From the NCBI GenBank assembly GCA_951406725.2, contig OX597833.1, forward strand, positions 27,280,001 through 27,344,000: 64,000 bases of DNA, in the 5' to 3' direction. Source of the DNA: Octopus vulgaris (Eukaryota). Shown here piece after piece: positions 25,331-39,542 of this stretch; position 1 is the stretch's first letter; each line of letters starts with the position of its first letter. The position numbers were made by a program, and so were the translations under genes. The notes beneath the pieces are model-generated. The model searched no databases. It worked only from the letters and a program-made list of their open reading frames with translations, and had not been told where the DNA came from.

Positions 25331-25465
25331 CATACACCGAGGTCGACTTTGCCTTTTATCCTTGGGGGTTGATAAAAATAAGTACCAGTTGAAAATTGGG
25401 GTCGATGTAATCGATTCATCCCCACCTCCAAATTTGCTGCCCTTATGGCAAAATTTAAAAACATT
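25053..25465 (+). mobile_element. Family A SINE copies split by (TTA)n
   Basis: Head at about 25053; a second core at 25336-25465. Confidence 0.75.
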
Positions 25466-25540
25466 ATTATCATTACTATTATTATTATTGTTATTATTAT
25501 TATTGTTATTATTATTATTATTATTATTACTATTATTATT

Positions 25541-25572
<32 letters not shown>

Positions 25573-25594
25573 TATTATTATTATTATTATAATT

Positions 25595-28500
25595 ATATGT
25601 TTGACTTTTGCTTTGTACAAGTTTGCTCCAAGTATCACCCAGAGACCTCAAAAGGCAACAAGTTAGAAGTTCATGTTGGTTTTATGCCTAGGGTGCCATA
25701 TATTTGGTCTTGTACATAGTGTTGTTCTAGAGAATGTTTAAGAAACCATAATAAAATTATATCTTTGTTTTAAAATTTGAGATTACATAGAAAGTATTTT
25801 GCGTAAGATATGGGCAGTTCCCATGAGCAGTATCTTCTGAATTTCTGCCATTTTAAAGTTTCCTGATATCTGAGCTAGGTAGGTTTCAGCCCCTTTTACT
25901 ATCATTCTTAGGGCATCTATGAAAACAGGTATTGTTTTAGTCTTCAGGTTCCACATTTTGCTATTTCAAAATTATTATATTTGCTCAGTTTTTAGTAGGT
26001 CTTGACAGATACGTTTATATCGATTGGGATAGTCATATCAATGAGGAGGCGTGATTTTTGTCTGAAAGTTCCAGAGGAGTGAGATATGACCATTTTCAAG
26101 CACTGGAGGTGGTTTGTATTCTCACCAGTTTTTATCATGGGGCAAGTCCAGGTTTTTGAAAATTATCCAGTGAATATATTGTGCAGCTCTATCATGCCTG
26201 TTGAGATACTCTGTAGGCGCAAGAAGACTGTACTTGGAGACAACATGATCAATGGTTTCATTTTGTTGTTGACATACACGACATGTTGGGCTACTGCCGT
26301 TCTTTAATATGTCGGCCTGGTAGTTCCTTGTAGGTAGGCATTGATCTTGGGCTTCAATGATAAACCCTTCTGTTTCAGATTTTAAACCAGAGGCCATTGG
26401 TGGGTAAGGACTTTGTCAACATCGGCATTATTCGCTCTCTTTGGGTATTTCCATTGAGAGGTTTTTCTTGCCATTTATCACTAAGAATATCTAAGGCAGC
26501 AGTTTTAGCACGGATTTTCATGCGTTTAGCTTTTTCTGCGCTTGTTTCTCGTATGTCTAATTTCGGAATTTGTTGTATTTGGAATTCACTTAGATATTCC
26601 TTTGCCTGTTTTGTTACTGAGTATGATGCTTTCTTGCTTTCATGTTTTGAGACAAGTTTTAACGTCCAGTCCTCGGAGTTTTTCAGGTGGGTGTGTAGGC
26701 CAATAGTGGTAATCTTCATTGTTAATGCCAGTTGTAAAAGTCCACGGCCTCCCTCTTTTCTTGGCAGATAAAGTCGTTCTATATCTGCTTTAGGGTGGTG
26801 CATTCTATGTATTGTCAACAGTTTTCGTATTTTTCTGTCAAGATTGCATATTTCAGTAATTGACCACTTAATGATATTGAAACTGTAAGTCACAACTGAT
26901 ATGGCTAAAGTATTGATCGCTTCGATCCTGTTTCTTGCATTCAGCTCTGTCTTGAGTATTGCTCTCACCCTGCGATAACACTCTCTCCTGATCCTTTCCC
27001 TAATCACTGCACGTTTGAATGCGTCCCCTTCCTTTAACCCTAGATATTTGTAGCTCTCCGCTAGGTCTAACTCTTTTATGACATTCTGCTGGTCAAGGTT
27101 AATGTTAGATGTTTCTGCCATTTTTCCTTTGATAAAGGTAGCTTTTGCACATTTATCGATGCCAAATTGCATTCTGGTGTCATTACTGAATTGTTTGACA
27201 ATCGCTAGTAAGTCCTTGAGTCGTTGGTCATTTTTTGCAAAGAGCTTTAAATCATCCATGTAAGTGAGATGATTTATATTTCTATCAAACATTTTATAAC
27301 TGTACTGTGCGTCATTGAGCAATTTTGAGAGAGGTATTAAGGCTAAACAAAGGAGGAGTGGTGATAGTGGGTCACCCTGGAAAATACCACATGAAATTTT
27401 CATATCTCCAGCATTTAGAGATTCATTTTCACTGTTCAAAGTCAGTGTGGTTCTCCATGATCTCATACTTACAGACAAAAAGTTTCGCAGAGTAGGCGCT
27501 ATTTTATACATTTCCAGACATTTCTTAATCCATCTATGTGGTAGGCTATCAAAAGCTTTTTTATAGTCTATCCAGGCTATTGACAAGTTTTTGTGTCGTT
27601 TGTGACAATCTTCTAAGATCATCTTATTGATGAGTAGCTGATCTTTACAACCATAGGATCCACGTTTACATCCTTTTCGTTCATTAGGGAATATGCTGCT
27701 TTCTATTAAAAAAAACTATAGGTATATTCAGTCAGGACAGGTGTTAGCGTTTTATACATTGTTGTTAAGCAGGTTATGGGTCTATAATTTTTTGGTTCAT
27801 TTGTTTCTTTATTTTTTGGAAGCAGGATTGTTAAACCATTAACTAGCCAATGAGGCATCAAACTAGGGTGTTGCAAAACATCGTTGTAAAGTTCTGTTAG
27901 TAGTTCATGGCACTCTGGGAAGGCATTCAACCAGAAGTCAGGAATTTTATCCTTTCCTGGAGACTTCCATTTGCTTGACCTCCTGAGAGCAGATCTTCTA
28001 CCTTGACATCCTCCCACTTTTGCTCCTCTAAGGAGTCTAAGTCTGTAGATATTCTATCAATCCAAGGAGCCTTTTCATTGTGTTTTTTCTTCTGCCCAAA
28101 TTTTATTCCAAAATCCCTGCACTTCTTCTTTTGATGGGACAGACTTTACTGTAACTGGTGTTTTCCCTATCTTCCTGTAAAGATTTTCGGGGTTATTTTT
28201 GAACATGTTGTTGTCCTTGAAAAATTTAATGCGCTTTTCATACCTTGCTATGCGGGCAGCTTTTGCACACACCTTTTGCTTGATGGTTTCTATGGTGGTA
28301 TCAATGTCATGTATGGTTTTCATATTATATTTTTTCTTTAATTTTCCGGTTTTTGTAGATTTAGTAGTCTTGCAAAACTTAAGGTTTTTCGAACATTCGA
28401 TGTCAGACCTAAATAGCTTAATTTGGTGTTGGATACGCTCTTGCCAAGAAGGCTTTTTATGGGAAGGCGTTATATCGAAAGATTGCTGTGTGTCCTGTAA
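25595..28500 (-). mobile_element. Large decayed R4/Dong-like RLE LINE
   Basis: Collinear ORF pieces: RIARYEKR, WKSPGKDKI...NYRPITCL, the RT domain, and CRVC...HVVS...RHD. Confidence 0.95.
26375..27622 (-). pseudogene. Reverse transcriptase domain of R4/Dong-like LINE (415-aa open fragment)
   Basis: [49 protein letters not shown]. Confidence 0.95.
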
Positions 28501-28758
28501 ATTTCACGTAGTTGTGTAAACATTGAGATGTATGTGTAGTCCTATGGGTATCAAAATGTATATATGATGGTGTAGACATTCGAGTGTATGCGTAATTACC
28601 TAATTTATGTACTTACTATTTTGTTCCATTTCTATTTTATAATTTGTAAACTTTCCGGTGTTGATATCGCGTGTTTCGCACATGCTTCATTGAGACACCG
28701 TGCGTAGGAGAAACTGTGCTTTGTATGGCAGTAAAATTTCTTTTTTGATTATTATTAA

Positions 28759-28827
<69 letters not shown>

Positions 28828-29514
28828 GTTGTTGTTCTTGTTTCGGTTTGACACTGTTGTTTGTGCTACACATCTGTTATTTCTTACTTTCCTTTTGATA
28901 TTATACCGACCGACATGATTGAATACGATACAACAAATAATTCAATGTCAACACGTTACCCTGTTCCAAACATTCCATTTCATCTTCTCTCTCTCACTTA
29001 TTAACTGTTCTACTTTACCTGTTTACCCCTTTGTCTCTCCCCCCACGACCACCTTGCATTAAAGCACACTTTCAACTAACCGCAACAGGCCCTCATGACA
29101 AAACTTAGGATCACAGCTGGGTCACATTAGAAGAGCCACCTGCTGAGTCAGCAGTTTTATATACATATTTTCCGCTTAATAGACGTGCGTGTCTTACGTC
29201 TGCATTCGTCAGAAGCAGTTTGTTTCTGTGTGTTGTTGCGCGTGTATGCATGCGACCATCTATGCGTTTGTGTAAGAGAGAGGGAGTGAGAGAGGGGGAG
29301 AGAGAGAAAAAGAATCTATGTGTACGTTTGTGTTATAAGATGTCCATGGGGGTTGTAAGGAAAAACAGGTTTAGCCACGACATTGGCAAATATTGAAAAT
29401 CATTCCATTGATAAAAGGACTGCACTCGAGGCTTTATAAGACATATATGCTTACATAAATGCTTGCATACATAAATGCATACATACATACATGCATACAT
29501 GCATATATACATAC

Positions 29515-29590
<76 letters not shown>

Positions 29591-29647
29591 GTATGTACGC
29601 ATATATATGTATGTGCGCACGTATGTGTGTATATGTATATATATCAT

Positions 29648-29826
29648 AGGCGCTGGATTGGCGGTATGGTAACAAGCTTGCTTCCAAAGCACATGGTTCC
29701 TGTTCAGTCCCACTGCGTAGCACCTTGAGTAAGTGTCTTCTACTATAGCCTCGAGCCGACCAAAACCTTGTGAGTGAATTTGGTAGACGGAAACTGAAAG
29801 AACCCGTCGTATATGTGTGTGTGTCT

Positions 29827-29860
<34 letters not shown>

Positions 29861-30070
29861 TTCTTGTATGTGCGTGTTTGTATCCCGCCATCACTTGACA
29901 ACCGAGGTTCGTGTGTTTGCGTCCCCGTCGATTTGCGGTTCGGCAAAAGTCAGCGATAGAATAAGTACTAGGCTTGCAAACAATAAGTCCTGGGGTAGAT
30001 TTATTCGACTAAAGGTGGTGCTCCAGCATGGCTGCAGTCAAATGACCGAAACAAATAAAAGAATAAAAGA
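29648..30070 (+). mobile_element. Family B tRNA-derived SINE (CORE-like ACCTTGGGCAAGT) with internal (TG)n
   Basis: tRNA-like head GGCGC..GGCGGTATGGT..GTTCAGTCCC and a conserved tail ending AAACAAATAAAAGA. Confidence 0.85.
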
Positions 30071-30125
30071 ATATATATATGAATATACATATGCATACAT
30101 ATATATATACATATATATATATAAA

Positions 30126-30198
<73 letters not shown>

Positions 30199-30347
30199 TT
30201 GAAATGGAAAGATGAATTTTCTTGTTACAGATTATTCAAAAGTTTAACCGATACCTGGGTAGCAAAAATCACAGCAGAAAAAAACACAGTTGGAGATAAG
30301 ACCATATGGTGTTGCAACCGTGCGTTGGTGCGGATAATTGAAGTTTA

Positions 30348-30502
30348 ATATAATTAGTGAATGGAAGAAATGGAGTTGAACGAAGATTGTACAGAAACAT
30401 GTGTAGAATGTAATGTGTAGAAACATGTGTAGAATGTAATGTGTAGAATGTAATAAAAGGAATTCTGTACAATCTTCGTTCAACTCCATTTCTTCCATTC
30501 AC

Positions 30503-30511
<9 letters not shown>
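30348..30511. repeat. Perfect 49-bp inverted repeat with tandemly repeated spacer
   Basis: 30348-30396 is the exact reverse complement of 30463-30511. The spacer is built from ATGTGTAGAATGTA units. Confidence 0.92.
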
Positions 30512-30569
<58 letters not shown>

Positions 30570-30719
30570 ATGTATATGTATATATATATATACACACATA
30601 CATATATATATAGACATTCATATACATATACATACATACATACATACATACATACATACATACATACATACATACATACATACATACATACATACATACA
30701 TACATACATTCCTTGTCTG

Positions 30720-31450
30720 ATAATCTTAAATACAAGTCCAAAAACGTCGCATGACTCTACCGCGAAGTATCATCAGATGAAAGGACGAGCATATACGAGC
30801 AGAAGATTATGTTAGTAGAAAGCTCCGAGGAAATAGTAAAGTTGATCATCAAAGCAGTCTATCATGGACCAATACCCACTTTGAAGGGTAAACGTTTGCA
30901 ATCCAGAAACAGGAAATATCAACCAAATACCTGATACACAAAAGGGATAGAGTTGCAGGAAAAGCAGTAAAATGTGACAACCGATGTAGACTTTGTGTGG
31001 CTAATAGCGAAAATATCGCCCACATCAAAAACAGTTTTCCGAAAATGTCATCACGTATTATCTGCCAATGAGACATGATATTCGTGCTATGACACACTAT
31101 AATGAAATCCGTCGAAAGGATAATCCCTAGGACAAAGAAATAAGAACCCACAGTATGGTAGAAGCCATAGCCACTCATAATAAAAAGGAGTACTGATCAA
31201 ATGTACCAGTGAAAACCTCAATAAAATGTAAGCACAAGACCTGATATAATTATTTGGGATAGAGAAGAGAAACTGTGTACAGTTGTGGAAATTAGCTGCC
31301 CACCGGATGCTAACATAAAGCTGAAGATCATTGCAAAAGAGAATACCTACGCTGAACTATTGAGAAATCTGCAGTTACTCTATCTAGGTTGCACATTCAG
31401 GTTTGTACCTGAAATATTGGGGCCCTGGGATATGTAACGCACTACCTAAA
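30720..31450 (+). mobile_element. Decayed RLE LINE 3' fragment (different family)
   Basis: FAIQKQEI, CRLC..ENIAHI, MRHD, PDIIIWDREEKLCTVVEISCP, FVPEILGALG by hand translation. Confidence 0.8.
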
Positions 31451-31462
31451 TGTATATAGGTA

Positions 31463-31530
<68 letters not shown>

Positions 31531-31631
31531 TGTATGTGTAAATTTAAAATAATAAGGGTGAAAAATTGAATATTACTTTGATTAAAATCAATTTAAAATC
31601 AGTGGTCTAGCATATTAGATGAATATGTATG

Positions 31632-31685
<54 letters not shown>

Positions 31686-31809
31686 TACAAACGTGCGTGT
31701 ACATATATGCATGTATGCATGTATGTATATACATACGTACGAATGTGTGTGAGCGCACGCGCGCGTGCGTGTATATATATATATATATATACCCATATAT
31801 GTTTATACC

Positions 31810-31876
<67 letters not shown>

Positions 31877-32354
31877 GCATGCACTCGCCCACTCACATAG
31901 ATTCGTAGTCCTACTACTTGAACCTGTACACTAAAGTATGTGAACATATCACTGGAAGCAGCTGGAAGTCAAACTGAAAAGTGCACATGCTACAACTGCA
32001 TTCTGAATGCCAAAACGAAAAGAAAATGCATTAGTTATATTTTCACAGATGACATGAATTGTATTGTTCTGGGTAATATTTCAAACTAAATTTACGACTG
32101 TTTGTTTCTTGCCCCACTCTTTTTTTTTTTTTACATTACTAATGAACAATGGACGATAATGATCCCGTCTTCTCTTTCTATAATGTTGACAATCTAATTT
32201 AATTCAACGCAGTGTTTAATCGACCTTAGGCTCCTGACTATGTCTCACTGATTAGACGAAGTACATCAAAATAGCAGTTATTTACGAATGTTAAGGATTG
32301 TATGAGTAAAACAAAAATTAAAAGAAATTTTTCAATCAAATAAAGAATTTATAG

Positions 32355-32670
32355 GAGCAGGCGTGTCTGTGTGGTAAGAAACTTGCTTCCCAACCACGTG
32401 ACTCTGGATTTAGTCCCACTGCGTGGCACCTTCATCATGTGTTTTCTACTTATAACCTCGGGCCGACCAAAGCCGACAAGTAATTTCGAGGGAAGGGGTT
32501 AAACCGATTACATCGGCTCCAGTGCATGACTGGTACTTATTTTATCGACCCCGAAAAGATGAAAGACAAAGACGACTTTGGCGAAATTTGAACATTGAAC
32601 ATAAAGGCGGACAAGGTGCCAGTAAGCATTTTGCCCGGCGTGCTAACGATTCCGCCAGCTAGCCGCCTTA
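32355..32670. mobile_element. Family B SINE head (+) abutting a family A SINE (-)
   Basis: 32355-32475 is a family B head; 32483-32670 is a reverse-strand family A copy. Confidence 0.75.
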
Positions 32671-33314
32671 AATGTGTTAATATATTAAACGTAATTTAAA
32701 AACAAACAACATTTATCAATTAAGTCAAGATACACAAACGTCTATAGTGGGAACGTGCATATAAACACTATGTATAAACATATACACCCTCCGCCTTCAT
32801 CTGCAGATGAGAGAGGGATCTATATAAAAACACTACTGGATTCTGTATATACTTGTAGTATCACATATTGCAAAACATACCAGAATAAGCCGGACATTAT
32901 CAAATGTCTTTTGTATATCTAAAAAAAACCTATGGGTAAGTAGCTTGCTTTCCAATCGTGTAGTCTTGTGTTCAATCCTGCTCTCTTATACTCTGGGCAA
33001 GTGTTTTCTGTTAAAGTTCCGAGCCGACCGAAGGCGTACAAACAGGCGTACAAAATTTATCTCTTGAACTCCTTCTACCTAAAATCTTTTTAATCGAAAT
33101 AACATGAGATCGCTGAACTACATGTATTTCTTTTCCTTTCACTTTCCTTTTCATATTTCCATTTCGTTTTCATTTACTGTTTTCTAATAGCTTTTCTAAG
33201 TAGTATTGCTCGTCTAATTCATTTAAATAATACAGTTACTGGGGCTTCTGTTTGAACAGAAATTAATACATATCTACAGAGAAAGATTATAGACATCAGG
33301 ATTTTAAAGCTTCA

Positions 33315-33890
33315 CTGAGACAAGTGGAGAAGTTTAAGTATCTTGGGCCGTAATCACAAGTGATGGAAAGCGTGAGGCTGAAATGGATGCTAGAATTTCT
33401 GGTGCTTGCCAGCTTCAATATTCGATCCTGAAAGGAAGTGAACTTGATAAAAAATCTAAACTCATCTTCAATTGGTTTTCGTATCTATCTTACCTGTGGT
33501 CATGAATGTTAGGCAATGACCGAAAGAATACAATCCCAAATCAAGCGGCCGAAATGGGGGTTCCTCCGAAAGGTCTCTGGAGTATCATTACCCGAAAGGG
33601 TGTGTAGCTCGAATGTCGGAAGGTCTCTTGATCTCGAGCCGCTACTTCCTTGCATTGAAAAGTCACTACACCGGTACTACGGACATGTGATAAGGATCCC
33701 GCTGGAAAGAATTGCAAGACAGTCTCTTCGATCTGAGCCAAGAGACTTAGGAGCAGACCAAGAAGGAAACGGATGAATAGTCTCAGTTGGGAAGTCAGCC
33801 GGAAAAATCTAATGACAGTTGTTCCTAATAAGACCCTATGTAGGAGGTACCTGAGATCTCTATCCCCACCACCCGACAGGAATAGTGGAC
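33315..33890 (+). mobile_element. RTE-clade LINE 3' fragment
   Basis: QVEKFKYLG, ILTCGHEC, GFLRKVSGVSLPERV, YYGHVIRIP.ER. Confidence 0.8.
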
Positions 33891-35537
33891 GGAGAAGATA
33901 AATGGTGGGGTGGATAATAGCGGAAACTGAAAATCAATCTTGAACATAAATTTCCTCCACATTTCCTTTATATTTCTGTAATATAGTTTGCATCTTTCTT
34001 GTCCCTTCAAGAAGTACTGCGTGCATAATGAGCAATTAAATCAATCACCTTTCTTCGATTTTTACTATTTTCAGCTGGTAGCTCGTAGTCTTAGCATGCA
34101 TATATATACACCTCATCACGAACAAATTAACACTTTCCATTCGCATATGAATGCATTTATCTGCATGTGCATATGTGTGTCAGCGCGCGCTCACATACAC
34201 ACACACGCACACACATACACACACGCACACATACACACCCGTGCACATACACACACTCAAACATGCACGTGTACACAGACACACAAATACGCTATATGAT
34301 TGTGAAAATAAAGTTAATTTCGGCTCTTAACATCATGAGCCGGAATAAATGCTGCGAAATATTTTGTCCGACGCACTAACGATTCTGCCAGTTCACTGCC
34401 TTTAATAGAAATAATCAAATAAACGAGAGATGTCGTTTTCTTCACGAATATATTTTTTATGAATAAGCAGTATATACACCACATGCATCGTTTCTTGTAA
34501 AGCAAAAACTTATATACAAATGAATGTAAATCGATAAGTATTTTATCGCTATTTCAAAGGGATTGATTGATAAGTTAAAATATGTAAATTAACAGGGTCA
34601 TATATTTTAGGCTTATACCGTAACATCTTCCCGTCTATGGACTTTGGTTAGTCAGGGATGATAGTCTTACTTCCAGTAACATAATCACTCTTCAATTAGA
34701 TAAAACGACAAAATTAGTTTGTTAAAAGTTGAACATTAAAAGTAAATCAGTTCAAATATAAATTTTCAAACCTTTTTTAAATCGGAAATATATACACTCC
34801 CCTTATGAAAAGATAAATGAAAGAATACAACATATTAACAAACATTAATGTCATAAATCCATCATTTCAGAAAAATTCATTGGCAAATTTCCAGAATAAT
34901 TTTCCGATAAAGATTCGTAAAACTTCGATGCACTTTATTACAACGACATCTGAAATGACAACAGGTTTAATGTTATATAATATACCAAATAATTCAAATC
35001 TCTCTGTACAAGAAAACAGAAAGACCAATGGGGAAAATCTCTTCTCCCTTTATGCATAATATTTTTACTAACAGAGCTAGAACTTTCTTAAGTCCATAAA
35101 CATGTAAATCACTAAATCTCAAATCACAAAAGCCTTAAAAGCTACCTGGAACTGTGGCATTATTTTGCTGCCAGCATAACTAAAATGCTAAAATGCGTAG
35201 TATGACACTTTTTCAATGTAAGCATCCAAGCCAAACTTCCAAATACTCTTCTATGTTGCAAATGCATCGTTTCGACTCTTAGTATTCTTAATTGTATATG
35301 CTGTGATAAGGTTTTAGTAGACAGCGTGGTTTCCATATCGCGAACACCATTGAGGTGAAATCTTACATAAGGTTTACAATGCATTCATTGAAGAAACGGT
35401 TAATTCGACACGAATATACTATCAGGAATTCAAACAGAAGGCATACTGCATCCTTACTAAATATGTTAATGAAATGTCTTGAAATGATTTTACGATGGCC
35501 TGTATTTAAATTTTATCTATTTTAAATTTGGTTTTTC

Positions 35538-35591
<54 letters not shown>

Positions 35592-35967
35592 TGTTCTTTC
35601 TTTCTTGCGTTCTCTCTTTCTCTTGCTCCTTCTCTCTCTCTCTCTCTCTCACTCTCTCTCGCTTTCTCTCTTTCCTACGGACGTGCATGCACTCACACAA
35701 ACATATATGCACACATGTATGTGTGTGTACGTGTGTATGTTTGTGTGTGTGTGTGTGTGTGTGTGCGTGTGTGTGTGTGCGTGTGTGCGTGGACGTGTAT
35801 GTGTGTATCTAACCAGCAATAATATGCATTTTTTAACGCTCGCATAGCAATTGAGTTGTAATTTTACAACATTTGGTTCCATATAATTAAAAATTTATTA
35901 TCCTCTGTTGTTTTATTAGCCAAGTGTTGTACTAAAATAAAGTTTTTATTCATTTAACAGAAACCGT

Positions 35968-36139
35968 AGGCGCAGGAGTGGCTGTGTGGTAAGTAGCTTA
36001 CTTACCAACCACATGGTTCCGGGTTTAGTCCCACTGTGTGGCACCTTGGGCAAGTGTCTTCTACTATATCCTCAGGTCCACCAAAGCCTTGTGAGTGGAT
36101 TTGGTAGACGGAAACTGAAAGAAGCCTGTCGTATATATG

Positions 36140-36187
<48 letters not shown>

Positions 36188-36430
36188 CATATATATATTT
36201 GTATGTGTGTCTGTGTGCCTGTGTTTGTATCCCCCCCCCACAAACATCGCTTGACAGCCAATCGTGGTGTGTTTACGTCCCCGTAACTTAGCGGTTCGGC
36301 AAAATGCACCGATAGAATAAGTACTAGGCTTACAAAGAATAAGTCCTAAGGTCGATTTCCTCGACTAAAAGGCGGTGCTCCAGTATGGCCGTAGTCAAAT
36401 GACTGAAACAAGTAAAAGAGTAAAAAGAGA
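35968..36430 (+). mobile_element. Full-length family B SINE
   Basis: GGCGCAGGAGTGGCTGTGTGGTAAG head, ACCTTGGGCAAGT, internal (TA)n, and tail AAGTAAAAGAG. Confidence 0.9.
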
Positions 36431-36816
36431 GAGTATGTAACGTTTTCTCGTGCAAAATATGATTTCCTTTCCATGAAAAAAACTAACGAAAACACCGCCA
36501 TAAATATTTACCTTCTCTTTTACTTTATGGTTTATTATTTTATTTACATTTTCATTCTTATCTTTATATCTATTTTTCATCTCTAAATTTTCAGCTTTAT
36601 TTTATATCATTTCATTCTATTCTGTAATTTTCCCCGCTTCATCTGTCATTCAATTTGTCTTTTTCAAAATATTGGTATAAATATTTATCTGCAATGGAAA
36701 CTCTAAACTATGCTTCTAGAGTTGGACACGTTTTATCTAGTTTCTAAACACAGGATTTATCAAATTATGAATATGTGCACTTGTGTGTGTGTGCGTAGAC
36801 CCACAGCATATATATG

Positions 36817-36851
<35 letters not shown>

Positions 36852-36983
36852 GCACATATATGTATGTATACATGTAAATGTATAGTCCCTACATTTATAT
36901 GCTTGTATGCTTGTATGTGTGTGTATATATACATATATATATGTGTGTGTGTATACATATATATATAGACATATATATATATA

Positions 36984-37104
<121 letters not shown>

Positions 37105-37262
37105 TATAATGAGTAAGCGCATAAATATGAAACAAAGTGGAAAAAGTAATCCTCGGATCCCGGAGGTAGAGAAATATTCCTTATTAATAAAGGGAACGTG
37201 AAACTCTGAGAAACAGATTTTGTGATATCTTTGCAGCTTTATTAATAAAGCGTGTGTGTGTT

Positions 37263-37293
<31 letters not shown>

Positions 37294-37707
37294 ATGTATG
37301 CATGCATTACTAATGTGTGTATGTATTATGTTTGTATCTATGTATGTGTGTATGTGTGTATGTGTGTATGCAGCTTATTTAAACTAGTCCAGTGGCCTAT
37401 TAGAATGTGTAAATTCTACGACGTTTAGCTGCTTCCTTCGACAAATATGAATGGATGAAAAGACATGCTACACTAAACCAACGATGGAAGGAAGCAGTGC
37501 GGGGAAAAAACAGTGCATATTGATAATGATAGTTACAACAATGAAAATGGTCGATAAACAAAACAATTGAAAATAATCTTGTCTATGTGTGAGCTTTGTA
37601 TGTATGTTTAGATGCCTGTGTGCGTGCGCACCTAAATCGGTGTTATATGCTAACTGCGAATATTTGTCCAGAAATTCATGAGTGCCTTTATTACTATTAT
37701 TGTTATA

Positions 37708-38102
37708 AAGGCGATGGACTGCCAGAATCGTTAGCACGCCAGACACAAATGGTTAGCGACATTTCTTCCGTCCATATGTTCTGAGTTTAAATTCCGCCTA
37801 AGTCGACTTTGCCTTTTATCTTTTCGGGGTCGATAATATAAGTATATAAGTACCAATCGAGTACTGGGGTCGATATAATTGACTATTCCTCCCACCTAAG
37901 ATTTCAGACTTTCCATATATATATATATACATATATACGACGGGCTTCTTTCAGTTTCCGTCTAACAAATCCACTCACAAGGCTTTGGTCGACCCGAGGC
38001 TATAGTAGAAGACACTTACCGAAGGTTCCACGCAGTGAGACTGAACCCGGAACCATGTGGTTGGTAAGCAAGCTACTTACCACACAGCCACTCCTGCGCC
38101 TA
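37708..38102. mobile_element. Family A SINE (+, 37708-37912) and family B SINE 5' half (-, 37935-38102)
   Basis: Diagnostic heads and cores as in the other copies. Confidence 0.85.
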
Positions 38103-38799
38103 TATTATTAATGTTATTTTATTATCATTGTTAATATTGGTATTGTTATCGCTATTATTGTTATTATTATTGTTATTATACTAACATTTTTTTTCTTTGG
38201 CCAGTAAGTGTTATCTTTTATTCGCTTCTATCTAGAAATCAAAGGCAATGACGATTATTCCCTTCAAACTTTCATTTTGTGACCTAGACATCAATGTTTT
38301 GAAATTGACCTACGTTCCATTACATTTTTGATAGATTCCGTACTGAATTGCTGAAGCAGAAATATCATTATAGCAAATATTCTACTCAATACTGATTTGA
38401 TCGTCATTTGTTTGACCTTAACCGCTTGAGTGTGTCCCTTACTGGCTGAGACTATGTGCATCTCTGATCACAAGCAGGAGCAGTTGTAGAGCATCATAGC
38501 CATGTGTCGAGAAGGAGTCTTTGGAGTTTGAAATAAAAGTAACGAAAGCAAAGTTTGAAGGAGATATTAGCGATTTTTCATACTTTCTAGGGATAAGCAA
38601 ATAGGAAATAACAGTTGCTATCCAAGGACAAAAATCATGTGACACAATGTAATTTTTATTATCATCATCATTATCATGTGTATGTATATGTATGAAGGCA
38701 TGTGTTTATGTATAGATGTATACGGTTCAGGTAGTCAGATCTGCCGGGTACCGAGTATCATATGTTACCCGCCTATGGTTTCCCTATTGGGAAATTCGG

Positions 38800-39420
38800 C
38801 AAAAACTATGCTATTTTCATTTGACATCTAGAAAGCCTTTCACTGGGTCCTGTTTGAGAGTCTCCCGGTTAAACTTCACACGCCTCTCTCCTTTGCCTAG
38901 AAGTTCCCTCTCAGATTGTATTATCGCAGCGGGCACTGAAAATGGAGCTCTCTCTAGCCCGAACTTTATGTACTCCAGTATACCCTAAAGTTCAATCATA
39001 CCAGCAACTTTTCCTATACATTAACAACCTGTATGCTGTCACCTCTAACACCCACTACTACGCAAATGTATACATTCTTCACTTTTCGCTAACTTTCCAT
39101 GTCACCTGATCTTAAACCTGCTCTGCCCCTATAAACAAAGACCTGGAAAATATCCAATAGAGACATTACAATTTTGTCTTATTCAACTCAACAATTACAC
39201 AATCATCGCACATGTCAAGAAAACAATCTCCTACCTCTATAGTTATGGACAACACTAAATTATAATCCACAAAGTTGCTAAAAGTGTTAAGCCAGGCAAT
39301 TACTGCTCACTTCTGCTAACCTCACATTTATTCATAACACAGTAAAAACTGTAGCCCAAAGACCAACTTTCCTCTTGGGAGACGGAAAATACATCAGCTT
39401 CCAACAATTTCTGACTCTCA
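38800..39420 (+). pseudogene. Very decayed CR1/L2/Jockey-group RT relic
   Basis: FDI*KAFHWV (cf. LDISKAFDRV), AGTENGALSSP (cf. GVPQGSVLSP), FLYINNL...HYYAN (cf. YADD region). Confidence 0.5.
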
Positions 39421-39436
39421 GTAAGCTCAAAGGAAG

Positions 39437-39542
39437 TGGTAGGTAGGTAGGTAGATAGGTAGGTAGGTAGGTAGGTAGGTAGGTAGGTAGGTAGGTAGGT
39501 AGGTAGGTAGGTAGGTAGGTAGGTAGGTAGGTAGGTAGGTAG
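39437..39542. repeat. (TAGG)n microsatellite
   Basis: Direct reading. A complementary (CCTA)n array lies at about 40437-40516. Confidence 0.95.

Noticed and set aside
35160-35384. 74-aa non-repetitive ORF as a possible host exon
   Set aside because: No recognisable motif or convincing splice sites.
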